A stretch of 63,297 bases of DNA, filler included, from Octopus bimaculoides (GCF_001194135.2; 8 parts of 7 records of this genome joined end to end with filler, not necessarily neighbours in it); one strand, 5' to 3'; shown: positions 25,411 through 38,215, numbered from the whole stretch's first letter. Numbers and translations: made by a program. Notes: generated from the sequence alone by a model not told the origin.

Positions 25411-25493
25411 AGGATCATTGTAATTATCTTTATGTATTTCCCATCAAATGCTACAATCTAAGAATTTTGTTTTCATGTCAAATGCTTTTGCAG

Positions 25494-25715
25494 GGAAGGA
25501 CTGTGTTCTGTTTTAGTATTGAAAATTGGGACAAGAATGAATTCCCTTTCCTGGTAATAATGAGGGCTTACCTCTATTTATTACAAAAGCTCATTGTCAA
25601 CCATCAGACACAAGTTACTGGTTGTGTTCTTATTGAGAACTTCTACAATTACTCCCTGAAACAGGCATGGGGCCTGAAAACATCAGAGTTAAAAGCAATG
25701 GTGGATATTCTTCAG
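25494..25715 (+). CDS. RLBP1: Internal exon (74 codons, phase 0-0) of a CRAL-TRIO protein, RLBP1/CRALBP-like
   Basis: TTTTGCAG acceptor and CAG|GTAAGG donor. GRTVFCFSIENWDKNEFPFLVIMRAYLYLLQKLIVNHQTQVTGCVLIENFYNYSLKQAWGLKTSELKAMVDILQ aligns ungapped with human RLBP1 G155-Q228 (about 35/74 identical against the recalled sequence). Other exons are not in the called sequence. Confidence 0.85.
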
Positions 25716-26262
25716 GTAAGGTTTCATTTTTTCTCATAAGATTTACTTGTTCGGAAGTAGTGATGTAGTGAGAATGGTAATGTGATGGTGGTGGGAGTAG
25801 CAATTATTTTAATTTTTATTGGCTCTCACCACTAGACTGCCTATTTCAGTTGTTTTTGCTTTATATTGATCTTTTGTTTTTGAACCATTAATCCTTTCAC
25901 TGTGGACAGTTTGACAGGAGCTGATAAGCCAGAGGACTGCATCAAGCTTTACTGTCTGTTTTGGTGTGGATTTTATGGGTGGATGCCCTTCCTAATGTCA
26001 ACAACCTAAAAAAAATGGATTGGGTGCTTTTTACATAGCACCCTCACCAGTGAGATCACCTTTGGCATCATTTTTACAACTAGATGCTCTTCCAAATGCC
26101 AATCACTTTACAGTGTGGGATTAGATGATTTTTTACATGGCACCAGCACCAGTGAGGTCACCAAGTAACTTGCAGGACAATGGTCCTTTGAGAGGGGGAG
26201 AGTATTGAAAGAGGTGGCTTTGTTCCAGGTGATGAAAGATTAGAGTATGACAGAGGGACAGG

Positions 26263-26306
<44 letters not shown>

Positions 26307-26479
26307 TATATCTACATTAATAAATGACAGAATGACAGACTGGTACCTACAATATTCTACTCATAAGGTACTGGTCAACTTGAAGCTCTTGTAGAAAACA
26401 CATACCCCTAGGTGTTCACTGTCAAATTAAACCCATGTGGTTCTAAAGTATATCTTTTAATCTTCTTCGTTTTTCACTC

Positions 26480-26779
26480 ATTTCAATCATTAGACTGCAG
26501 CTAATGCTGGAGAACCACCTTTAAGGGTTTTAGTCAAGTGAACCAACCCCAGAACTAATTTTTGTATAAGCCTGATACTTATTCTATTGGTCTCTTGTGC
26601 TGAACTGCTAAGTTACCGGGATGCAAACACACCAATGCCAGTTGTTATATGGTGGTGGTTGACTAGTACAAATATAAACACACACACACACACGTGTGTA
26701 CACACACACATGCATGTACACACACACATGCGTGCACACACACATGTGCACACACACACACACACATGTATGTATGTAC

Positions 26780-26810
<31 letters not shown>

Positions 26811-27012
26811 TGTATGTGTGTGTGTGTGTGTGTGTATGTATGTGTGCATGTATGTATGTATGTGTGTGTGTGTCTTTCCATCTATAAAAGCCACACACAA
26901 GGCTCTGGTCAGCCAAGGGCTGTAATAGCAGACATTTGCCCAAGGTGCCATGCTGGGGGTCTAAACCCCAAGTCATATGTTTGGAAAGCAAGTTTCTTAC
27001 CACACAGCCACA
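26480..27012 (-). mobile_element. SINE family B copy with expanded internal (CA)/(TATG) microsatellite
   Basis: Reverse-complement head at 26940-27012 and tail at 26480-26660. Confidence 0.7.
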
Positions 27013-27146
27013 CCTATGTATGTATGTATGTATGTATGTATGTATGNNNNNNNNNNNNNNNNNNNNNNNNNNNNNNNNNNNNNNNNNNNNTTAATTAATT
27101 AANNNNNNNNNNNNNNNNNNNNNNNNNNNNNNNNNNNNNNNNNNNN

Positions 27147-27195
<49 letters not shown>

Positions 27196-27500
27196 GTATA
27201 TATATAATGACACATACACAAACAAACACACACACGCACACTCACTAAATGTAATGATGTTTGCTTAATAGATTTTGTTCCTGGAACAGATTTTGCTATA
27301 TAGGCGCAGGCGTGGCTCTGTGGTAAGACGTTTCTTTCCCAACCACATGGTTTCTGGATCAGTCCCACTGTGCGACACCTTGGGCAGTTGTCATACACTA
27401 TAGCCCCGGTCCGACTAAACTCATGTGAGCGGATTTGGTAGACAGAAACTGAAAGCCTACCGTACATACATGCATACATACATACAAACATACATACATA

Positions 27501-27715
27501 CGAGGGGTGATGAAAAGTTCCTGACCTCGGGTAAAAGAAAATACAGGAGGAGCAATTAATTACGATTTTATTCAACATATTCCTCTCTAAGATTCACACA
27601 CTTATTGCAGCGGTCCTTCAGTTTTTCTAAGCCTTGTATAAGAACTTGGAAGGTTGAACCTCCAGCCAGGCCTTTCGCGGCACCATTAAATCCAGGAACT
27701 TTTCTGCACCCCTCG
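27501..27715. mobile_element. Mariner-derived MITE, best-preserved copy
   Basis: TA|CGAGGGGTGATGAAAAGTTCCTG ... CAGGAACTTTTCTGCACCCCTCG|TA. Confidence 0.8.
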
Positions 27716-27845
27716 TATATATACACACACACATATATATATATAGTTGGAATTTACAAAAAAAAAAAAAAAAAAAAAAAAGACGAAGACGGGTGTGTAA
27801 ACAACAAACAGATGTATTAATTTAACGCTCAGGACGTGAGAAAGT

Positions 27846-27881
27846 CTTTTACGTTTCGAGCCTACGCTCTTCAACAGAAAG
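27846..27881 (-). ncRNA. Minimal hammerhead-like motif, CUGUUGA core variant
   Basis: Minus strand CTTT-CTGTTGA-A-GAGC-GTAG-GCTC-GAAA-CGT-A-AAAG. Palindromic ACGT stem III. Lies in a repeat shared with 46360-46650 and 42754-42960. Confidence 0.55.
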
Positions 27882-28472
27882 GAACACAGAAATAAACAGT
27901 GAGAGATAATAAAAAAGAGAGAGAAAATAAAAAAAGAGAGAAAAAATAAAAAGAATAAATCCTGGGATCGATTTGTTCGACTAAAGGTGGTGCTCCAGCA
28001 TGGCCGCAGTCCAATGACTGAAACAAGTAAAAGAATAAAAGAATAGCATAAAGATAAGTATTTTTTATCAGGTTTTCATTAGTATCAAAAGTTTTTCGGA
28101 ATAGCATTCATTGCAAGAAAGAATGAATAGTTTCTAATAGCGACGTGACTGCCCTTAGCGCCATCTGTCTATACATGTATGCACGTACATATGCATGTAT
28201 TTGTGCATGTAAGTATATATTTATGTATGATTTATGTACGTGCATACGAGTGTGTTGTGTGTGTGCGAAAATGACAATGCACAAAACGAAAGGAAGTCCA
28301 AATAGAAACAAAATATCTTTAATACATAGAACATATTTATCTGTGAGGCGGGGTGCATATGTGTGCACAAGTATTGTGCATATTTATCGTCACAACATTC
28401 GGTCTATCACTCACCCTCACCCCCCCCTCTCTCTCTTTGTGTATTTAAATGTACACATATACATATATATAT

Positions 28473-28507
<35 letters not shown>

Positions 28508-29449
28508 GATAGATAGATAGATATATATATATACATACATACATATGTGTGTATAGATGTGCATATATATATGTGTGTGTGTATGAATGTATGTATGTAT
28601 ATATATATATATTTATTTATTTATATGTATGGATATGTATATATAAACGCACACATATATCTGCATACACACACACAGACACACACACAAAAACATATAT
28701 ATCACAGTATGTGTCTGTGTGTATGTATGTATATATGTATGAACTTCTTATTATTATTATTATCATTGTTGTTATTATTATTATTATTATTATTATTGAC
28801 ATGTTTACGTATTTTCCCTTAATTTGATTCAATTTCAGAATTTTCGAATCCTCCAAATAAACCCCGGAGAATTCCAACCTACATCCTGGTAGTTTTCTGT
28901 AGAGAGGACAAGAGTCCAAGGAGTAGGGGTGGGCAGGATAATGGGAAGGCGCGTGGATACAGTAGTGCAGGGAAATCACGTATTGAACTACAGAAGGACG
29001 GAAGGGTGACCCAAAGGTTCAAGCTATTAACCCGAAATATCTCAAATGTTCTTCAACGTTCTTGGCTATTTTTGTTTTCGTTTTTCTTTTTTACTAATGA
29101 CCTCTCTGCCTAGTAATATCTACTGTCATCTTGCATATATTCTTTCTCTCCCGGCAGCGCCACTTCCACAGTCGTCGCCGCTACTCGTATCATTCTCCTA
29201 CTCCCACCACCACCACCACCACTACCACTACCATACAACCACTGCTACTACCTTCATTAGAAATCTCAACGAACTATTGTTTTCCCTACAGAACTTCTGT
29301 GAAAATACCAACGAAACGAACCCAATTATTTGTTGTTGTATATTGTTGATGTTGTTGTATTGTGGATGTTGTTGTTGTTGTTGATGTTGTTACTGTTGTT
29401 ACTGTTCACGTTGTTTTTGTTGTTGCTGTTGTTGTTGTTGTTGTTGCTG

Positions 29450-29485
<36 letters not shown>

Positions 29486-29501
29486 TTTTGCTGGTTGCCA
29501 G

Positions 29502-29546
29502 ATTGAAGAAAATGGCGAATAAGTATAACAGAACGGGAGTGTGGAG
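29502..29546 (+). CDS. Candidate 45-nt symmetric (phase 2-2) micro-exon or start exon (LKKMANKYNRTGVW)
   Basis: TGTTTTTTGCTGGTTGCCAG acceptor, GAG|GTAGGT donor, open frame containing AAAATGG. A unique island between microsatellites. Confidence 0.3.
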
Positions 29547-29972
29547 GTAGGTGAAACCTCAACCCCACCTCCACCCCTACCCCACCCCGGAGACCGTTTA
29601 CAATATCAGTTCAGGTCTCATATGCATACAAACCTATGCGCATANNNNNNNNNNNNNNNNNNNNNNNNNNNNNNNNNNNNNNNNNNNNNNNNNNNNNNNN
29701 NNNNNNNNNNNNNNNNNNNNNNNNNNNNNNNNNNNNNNNNNNNNNNNNNNNNNNNNNNNNNNNNNNNNNNNNNNNNNNNNNNNNNNNNNNNNNNNNNNNN
29801 NNNNNNNNNNNNNNNNNNNNNNNNNNNNNNNNNNNNNNNNNNNNNNNNNNNNNNNNNNNNNNNNNNNNNNNNNNNNNNNNNNNNNNNNNNNNNNNNNNNN
29901 NNNNNNNNNNNNNNNNNNNNNNNNNNNNNNNNNNNNNNNNNNNNNNNNNNNNNNNNNNNNNNNNNNNNNNNN

Positions 29973-30005
<33 letters not shown>

Positions 30006-30420
30006 GTGATGATGGCGATGAGGATGATGAGGATGATGAGGATGATGAGGATGATGATGACGATCATAATGATGATGATGACGGCGACGATGAGAATGAT
30101 GAGGTTGATGATGATGACGATCAGTAACGATGGCGATGATGATGATGATGATTCAGGTACGATGGTGCTGGTGGAGAGGATGTGGAGGAGGAGAGAAAAT
30201 GAGGATAATGATGCCTGTATGATGAAAATAATGCAGAGTGGGGAAGAGGAGGAGGAGACGAAGGAAGGGCAGAAGGAGGAGGAGAGCGGTGATGATGATT
30301 GGAGAGAGGGTTAAAAGATGATGATGGTGATGACGATGACGACGACGAAGAAAATGATGATGATGATGATGGTGATGACGACGACAACGACGACGACGAT
30401 GAACACGTTGATTATAGCGA
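29973..30420. repeat. Degenerate (GAT/GAC/GAG)n trinucleotide low-complexity tract
   Basis: Direct inspection; it produces the poly-M and poly-D pseudo-ORFs. Confidence 0.85.
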
Positions 30421-30644
30421 TACTAATAAAAACTATGACGAAATCGATTTTTTTTTTAAGCGATGCAAATATTTGAGCTGATTGGTGAATGGAGCGAGAG
30501 CGTATGTGTAGAGGAGGGCAATGGGGGTATTGAAAGAGGGTAGAGGAGCTTGTCTTTCGGTTTTCCTGTCGGGAATATATTTTATAGTATTATTTCCAAT
30601 AATCGAACTTTGTAAGTAATTCGCTTACAAATCGATTTCATTCG

Positions 30645-31060
30645 GTTACGTAGTCGCTCAGTCACTTAGTTGCTTGGTTACGCTAGTAGCACTGGTCACT
30701 TGGTCACTTGGTCATTTGGTCATTTGGTTGCTTGGTTATCCTAGTAGCACTGGCCACTTGGTAACTCGGGTATTTGGTCATTTGCTTGCTTGGTTACGCT
30801 AGTAACAGCGATTACTTGGTCACTTGGGCATTTGGTCACTTGGTTATTTGGTCACTTGGCTGCTTGGTTATCCTAGTAGCACCAGTCACTTGGTCACTTA
30901 GTTATCTGGTCATTTGCTTGCTTGGTTACGCTAGTAGCGCCGGTCACTTGGTCACTTGGGCATGTGGTTATCCTAGTAGCACCAGTCACTTGGTCACTTG
31001 TTTATTTGTTCATTTGGTTGATTGGTTATCCTAGTAGCACCTGTCACTTGGTCACTTGAG
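30645..31060. repeat. Complex minisatellite: 8-bp YTTGGTCA units punctuated by GGTTA(CG/TC)CTAGTAGC
   Basis: Seven GGTTA(CG|TC)CTAGTA(G/A)C anchors spaced about 40-75 bp apart, separated by runs of CTTGGTCA/TTTGGTCA. Confidence 0.85.
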
Positions 31061-32524
31061 TAATGCCCTTATATAAATAAATATATATTTTGGGAATAAA
31101 TGATGGATTTTTTCTCATTATGAGGTTTTTTTCACGCTAGCTACTTGATAAATTCTTGCAAAAGAATTCATCCTATTATTGAATTTAAATATATACATGC
31201 ATTGATACATATATATGTATACGTATGTATATGTATATATATATATGTATATAAACATATATGCGTGTAAGACTGCGCATTCACAGACACACTTACCTAT
31301 GTAGCTATACGCATGCTCATATATATGTAGAAATGTGCATATGTATATGTATATATGTGTGTGTGTGTGTGCATGTATGTATGTATGTATGTATATGTAG
31401 GTGCATGTGTGTGTGGTGTTTGTATGCATATTTACATGCATATGTTCGTCCATGCACTCATACATACATACATACATACATTCATATCTTCATACATACA
31501 TATCTTCATGCATACATGCATAAACACAGACAAGCATGCATACAGACAGACAGAATATAAACAACTGGAGATAGAAAAAGAAATCAATACCGAAAGCCCA
31601 TCTCAAGTTTCCCGCCTTACACAGCATTAATCAGCGAGCGAAAGACTATATTTAGAGATTTCGTTGTTGTCAGACATGATGTGGTTATTGCAAAATGGAA
31701 AGAAAACAATACAAAAATGAATCGGAACGGGAGCATGCATAGCGTCACGCTGAAAGATTACAATATTCCAGTGGGGTAAACGTCATATAAAAGAGTTCTG
31801 CTGATACTAAAATTACGATTTAGAATCGTTTTAAAGAATGTAGAGTAACTTATGTAATAAATAACTAAATAAATAAATAGATAGATATTCTACGAAATAC
31901 ATCACGAGGTGTTCTTGTGATTCCGGTTTATACTCAATAAAATTGTTAGGAAAATATCGGCGTTGGAGCGTAAAGTAAATAACGTAAGCGACATGATAGA
32001 AAGACAAATCAAGGCATAGTTTACGTGTGTACAAGAGTGTAAGGGGGTGGCTGATGAGTGTGTGCGAGCGTGCGTGCTAAATCAAATATATAGTAATAGA
32101 ACCACAGGCCAAACTTTGGGTTCAACTTTACATATAATGGTATGTGTGTGTGTGCATGTATACATATACATATATACACATGTGTGTGTCTGTGTGTGTG
32201 TGTACCCTATATAAATTTAAGAAATGATTTTAGCAATTTCTGAAGTTTAATCGGAATTTTTATTTGCTACCTATTGAAACTGCGCTTGCGCGGTGGATTT
32301 GAAGAATTATAATATATAAGGATGAGACACGTGTCATGTGGTCTCTAATTTGTATATTAATGTTTTGGCGTATCCGCTAATGAGAACTTCGCATTGCAAA
32401 TTATTTTATTTGCTAATTAAAGTTCGAAACCTCAGGTCCGGCTGTAAAACATGGTAAATGTTTTTATTTTTCATTCCCTTCGAAATTGTTCTTAACTGTC
32501 TTCATTTCCATGGGCAAGCCATGA

Positions 32525-32562
<38 letters not shown>

Positions 32563-32689
32563 CGAGCTACAAACAGCAAAAGCAAGTAGAATAGCCCACA
32601 GCAACAATAACAGCTAGTAACAAGAGGGACCATAGAATGGATCAAATCCTCCAAACGCACACCATCATAAAGAGCAAAAGACAACCCAA

Positions 32690-33560
32690 GTCGATGAAAA
32701 GTCTTCTAACACAGATCCAAGTACGCTCGTCAACAATATCGAAACCAACAGTAAAAAAATGCGGAAGACCTAACTGTGGCATATGTGTCAACCTAATTGA
32801 ATGATCAGAATTCTCCTTCAAACAGGGTCAACGTTTTTCAGTGAAAGACAACTTCACATGTGCTTCGGAAAACCTAATATATGTATTAACTTGCTCAGGG
32901 TGTCGAGAACAATATATAAGTCAAACTAAAAACAGTCTACGCCAGAGGATGACGGTACATAGATATCGGGATAAAATACGACAATACAGAAAAATAGGAT
33001 TAAGCAAGCACATCGATATTTGCGCCACTAACAAACAACCCAACTTTAGAATTTTCCCTCTCTATAAATTCATGGACAATACAACCAATAATCAGCACAT
33101 TAGCAAAGAAGCATATTTTATCGCAAAATATAAACCTATTTTGAATGCCGCCACTACCACAGATGAAACTACTACATGAATTTAGAACAATTCCAACCAC
33201 TACTGCTTCGATCACAACAGGTCACTTTTTGTCCATTTGACCATTAAAGATTCCACGAACAATTTAGTGTGTCACACCTGTATTTTTCTTTTTGTTTCTT
33301 TTCTTTCTCCTCCCTCGGCTACTCCTGCTTAAACTATCAATTCTCCGCACCCAAACTATTCCTTCAGATTTACTACTACCCACCTAAGAGGCATTCACAA
33401 AGGAATAGAGAGAGAGAGAGGGAGAGACTATTTAAAGACTATGGAAATATTTACAAAACATTTCACTTAATTTTTTTTCTCCGATTTAATTGTTTTTCTT
33501 ATTCCACTCTTAGTTGAAAAAGTCTAAAAGACGGAAACCGGTACTAAAATGTACTTCATG
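32690..33560 (+). mobile_element. Penelope-like element (Neptune-type) 3' end: Cys-rich linker, GIY-YIG endonuclease and 3' tail
   Basis: CGRPNCGICVN, then NLIYVLTCSGCREQYISQTKNSLRQRMTVHR...KEAYFIAKYKPILN (GIY-YIG fold motifs). An in-frame stop lies upstream, and a hammerhead-like motif follows at 33510-33547. Confidence 0.85.
33510..33547 (+). ncRNA. Degenerate hammerhead motif in the PLE 3' tail
   Basis: TTAG-TTGAAAA-A-GTC-TAAAA-GAC-G-GAAA-CCGGT-A-CTAA. Stems I and II and palindromic ACCGGT are intact; the core differs from CTGANGA at two positions. Confidence 0.5.
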
Positions 33561-34026
33561 ATAAAATTATTTTAGCATTTTCTGCCTTCTTATTTTCCTT
33601 ATATATACATATGCATGTGCGTGTGCGTGCGCGTGTGTGTGTGTGTATGTATTTGTGTATGTGTGTGTATGTATTATATATATGTAACACAAACTCTAAG
33701 TTTCGGCAAATTGGTGTTTGTCAGATTATGGGTAGAAGAGGGGTGTGAGGAGAAGTAAACCTAGTGAGTAAATTCTCAAGAGCTTTGAAGGCAAGAATGA
33801 CGTGTTCTCAGCATACTTAGTGGCAGTTTCGCGTAACTGCAGAAGCTTTCGTAATACTGGTAGAGAAAAGAAATAGGATGTAGACATGACATTGAAGCCA
33901 GGGATCTCATAGACATGCGGACGGAACGAGTTTGGGTCCGAACCGTTTAATATTATAATTGCTGTAATATAAGAATTAAACATTATCGTTCCTCTATTTC
34001 TACTCGTCTCGCTATCTCCCTCCCCA

Positions 34027-34099
<73 letters not shown>

Positions 34100-34102
34100 C
34101 TT

Positions 34103-34144
<42 letters not shown>

Positions 34145-34307
34145 TCTCTCATATTTTCTTCCTTTTTCTGTCTTTCTTTCCCTTTTTTAATATTCTTTCG
34201 CTGTCTTTGAACGTGCGTCCAAGCACTGCATCTATAGATTTATGTAAAACATACATACAAACATGCACGCATATGTATGCGTATATGTAAGTATAAATGT
34301 ATGTATG

Positions 34308-34357
<50 letters not shown>

Positions 34358-35283
34358 TTTACATGTATAATTTATTCATATAGTTTATCTCAACGATTTA
34401 TAAATCGTTTCTATCGAAAAGCTATTTTCAGAAAAGATGCTAGCATTTCAAGAGAAACTATTTGTAAATCGAAGATAGATAAACTCTATGAATAAATTAT
34501 GTAACTCTGCGTCAGACGAAGCAAAGATTATTAATTGAAATTGGTCTTCTTTGTTGTTTCTCTTTATTTACGTTAACTAAGCTTACCCTGAATATGTGTG
34601 TGTGTGGTGGGGGAGGATATTTGCATATACACATTTTTACATATACACATATATACATGCGTACATATATACATACATATACTTTTTCCGTCTTTTATCT
34701 TTTGCTTGTTTCAGTCATTAGAAGAATTTTTAGTCGAATGAATCGAACCTCTCCCCACCCCCGTTACAGTACTTATTGTGCTTTTAAGCCTGGTACTTAT
34801 TCTATCGGCCTCTTTTGCCGAGCCGCAAAGTTACTGGGACGTAAACACACTAACACTGGTTGTCAAGCGGTGGTTGGAGATAAGCACAGAAAAANNNNNN
34901 NNNNNNNNNNNNNNNNNNNNNNNNNNNNNNNNNNNNNNNNNNNNNNNNNNNNNNNNNNNNNNNNNNNNNNNNNNNNNNNNNNNNNNNNNNNNNNNNNNNN
35001 NNNNNNNNNNNNNNNNNNNNNNNNNNNNNNNNNNNNNNNNNNNNNNNNNNNNNNNNNNNNNNNNNNNNNNNNNNNNNNNNNNNNNNNNNNNNNNNNNNNN
35101 NNNNNNNNNNNNNNNNNNNNNNNNNNNNNNNNNNNNNNNNNNNNNNNNNNNNNNNNNNNNNNNNNNNNNNNNNNNNNNNNNNNNNNNNNNNNNNNNNNNN
35201 NNNNNNNNNNNNNNNNNNNNNNNNNNNNNNNNNNNNNNNNNNNNNNNNNNNNNNNNNNNNNNNNNNNNNNNNNNNNNNNNNNN

Positions 35284-35355
<72 letters not shown>

Positions 35356-35381
35356 GCAGGCAGGCAGGCAGGCAGACAGAC

Positions 35382-35454
<73 letters not shown>

Positions 35455-35560
35455 GAGATAGAGAGATTGACAGACAGACAGAGAGATAGAGAGATTGACA
35501 GAGAGACAGAGAGACAGAGAGATACAGAGAGATACATACATACATACATACATGCATACA
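35284..35560. repeat. Compound microsatellite (TAGA)n-(CAGA)n-(CAGG)n-(GA)n-(TACA)n
   Basis: Direct inspection; a similar compound array lies at 45980-46080. Confidence 0.9.
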
Positions 35561-37173
35561 TAGGCAGAGCAGAATTCCTCACAGTTTCCGTCTACAAAAT
35601 CCAGTCATAAGGCTATGGTCAGCCCAAGACTATAGCAGAAGATACCTGCCCAGAATACCGCGCGGTGGGACTGAACCCGAAATCATGCGTTTGAAAAGCG
35701 AGCATCTCTCTTACAGTCACACCTATGCCTGTGCCTGTACGATGAAAAAACTTTCTTATGCAATCATTTTTTTTTTAATGAAATATTATTAATATAAATG
35801 GCAAATAACAGTGCCATTACAATTTCCTTTTAATCATAGTGCCGCTGTGTGCTGTTAATGTGGCGTAAGTTATATGAATTTATAGGTAAGCGCCCGAAGT
35901 GGAAACATAAAGTCCACATTATATTTTCTGCCATTCGGACGGGTAATTTACTAGTAATATAAATATCTTTTATCTACGGGTATTTTTGTACTATGATTAG
36001 TATTTAAATATCTAGTTATATACATATTGCAAACAGAATACACTGTCACAATTAGAAACGTTTCTGGAATGGTTTTGTACGAACAAAAATGTTTTATTTC
36101 CAGATTACTATAATTTTAGTCACTTTTTTGAATAACAAAAAATATCCTTATTATTTTAAATTCGAAATTGATAAAAACATATTGAAAAGAGTAATTTAAT
36201 CATAAATTAATGTAGCAAAACACCCATATATCATATGCTTTCGTATATGTACAACTGAATTCTTGGTATTCAGCCAAATCATGCACTTCTTCGTTTTGAT
36301 TGATGAGAAAAACGTGTGACTATGCCTACTTATATATGTAGTTTACTATAATTCTCTATTGAGTTTTATTTTCTTAATGGAAAATCGGAAGACAACTCAG
36401 ACTGCAGCCAAGATATTATAAATCTAAAATACGATTTGAATAGTAAAGTGAACCTGTCAAAAACGCAGTATTTTTTTTTTTTTTTTTTTTACGATATAAA
36501 GTTTTAGAAATTCATTGTCTCTGCGTTTATTTATACGTCTGTTTCAGGTTTATTTTAGCGAATGAGACCGAGACGTTCTTCAAAAACGTCATCCGACTGT
36601 TTCATACAGACAATTCTGCATAAAACACTAAAGTACAGGCAGCCGTCACTCGCAAACAGGTATGGTTATATTTACCGAGCTTTCGATAATTGTTTAAGAT
36701 GCTTATGTGTTAGCGAGCAGACATAGAGATTATCTCGGCGACCTCCACGGTGAATCAATGAAATATCCAGGATGTGAAGATAGAAAGGAGGGAAAGAACT
36801 AAACCAACCACCGGCTGTTATTCTTTTACAGCTAACTAAACCAGAGCAACGTGAAAATAAGTTCCTAGCTCAATAGATACAACACGCTATTTTGTTTTAC
36901 TGGTGCGGCGCTCTTACATATTAGCAGATAGGTTTTTACGCTATCTGAATACACTTCGGGTCAACGATTTGAATTCGTCACGAAGACAAATCGAGTATAC
37001 GGCAGTGATGAAATATCAGCGAAATATCGATGTGCCATTTTTATTCACCGCCGGGACGCTTAGTTTCGCCTGACATTAAATTATACTGTCTTTTTCCATA
37101 CATTACGTCTTTAAAGAGGCCTTCCCAAGATGACATAACGCAGACAAAAAACGTTTAACAACACACATGCATT

Positions 37174-37295
<122 letters not shown>

Positions 37296-38178
37296 CCGGA
37301 TATGTCTATTCACCTCCAACAATAGGTAGCTGTTACCATATTTCATTCCATAACGGCTACCTCTGAAGAGCGCAGGTTTGCACAATCGGGCTGTTACCTA
37401 ACATTCCATTGAAACCCTTCTGCATAGGAGATGAAAAAGGCAGCATGGAAAGCCACATGTTTCTGTAGTTATAGCATGATCGGTTATAATCCCGGAGGCG
37501 GTCACTTTGTATTCTGTCCTACAAACTGGTGAGCAGACGCTCTCTACCGTTGCTATAGCAACTAGCAGCATTAACCTAGCGTCTCATGATGAGCAAAAAG
37601 AGATTAAGAGATTAAGGAAGATGAAGAAACTAGCTGTGGGCAACATTTGAGTAAAAGAAAAGGGCAATCCCCATGAAAGAAAGAATCCTCAACAGAAGGT
37701 GATTAGATTCGCAGTCGCACAGATGCATGGCAGAGAAGACAGGAATTCATATTGTTACGCAAGTTAAGAGTTCTGACAGCGAAATACTTGCGGAAGAGAA
37801 TTTAGTGGAAGAGAATAGAAATAAACACGCGGAAGACAGAGAACTGTAACAAAAATAAAAAAATTAAAAAAGAGTTCTCGGCAGCATAAAAATCGAAACC
37901 CGAGAACATTGGAATTCTTCTACTCTTGTCGACCTAAAAGATGTTAAAAGGCGCCTTTAAGTGCGCTAGAACTTAATATACACAGGAGGCAGGGTGATGG
38001 GGGTCCTGTGGCCCAGTTAGCGACTCGATTCTCAGCCATATGCAGCTCAATAAAACTAAATGCTTTTTCATGTTTTGAATATATTTTGTTTTAATTATCG
38101 TGTCTTTCATATAATTCNNNNNNNNNNCTTTCATATAATTCCATATTTAATTACGTCTTTTAACAGATTTTTAGCTTG

Positions 38179-38215
<37 letters not shown>

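Noticed and set aside
26587-27098. His/Thr- and Cys/Val/Tyr-rich ORFs (also at 7.1-7.7k, 28.1-28.8k, 31.1-31.6k, 38.6-39.2k, 49.7-50.3k and 53.3-54.0k)
   Set aside because: These are translations of (CA)n, (TA)n and (TATG)n microsatellites.
29973-30420. Poly-Asp/Glu or poly-Met protein (acidic biomineralisation-like)
   Set aside because: A degenerate (GAT)n tract with stops in the acidic frame, no splice context, and the same repeat type scattered through the window.
30645-31060. CRISPR-like repeat-spacer array
   Set aside because: The spacers are themselves 8-bp repeats, the context is eukaryotic, and no cas genes are present.
36548-36659. Possible ATG-containing exon ending CAG|GTATGG; similar case at 47288-47337 (MEAFCNDVSSAKGNSMT|GTAAGT)
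   Set aside because: Splice-like sites occur at about chance frequency in AT-rich DNA, and the peptides are unrecognisable.
36995-37040. Possible hammerhead (GTGATGA...GAAATATCGAT)
   Set aside because: The core is mismatched, there is no credible stem II, and the stem III/UH register does not fit.
38104-38141. 14-bp direct repeat CTTTCATATAATTC around 10 Ns (possible TSD)
   Set aside because: Typical unresolved contig overlap, not a biological duplication.
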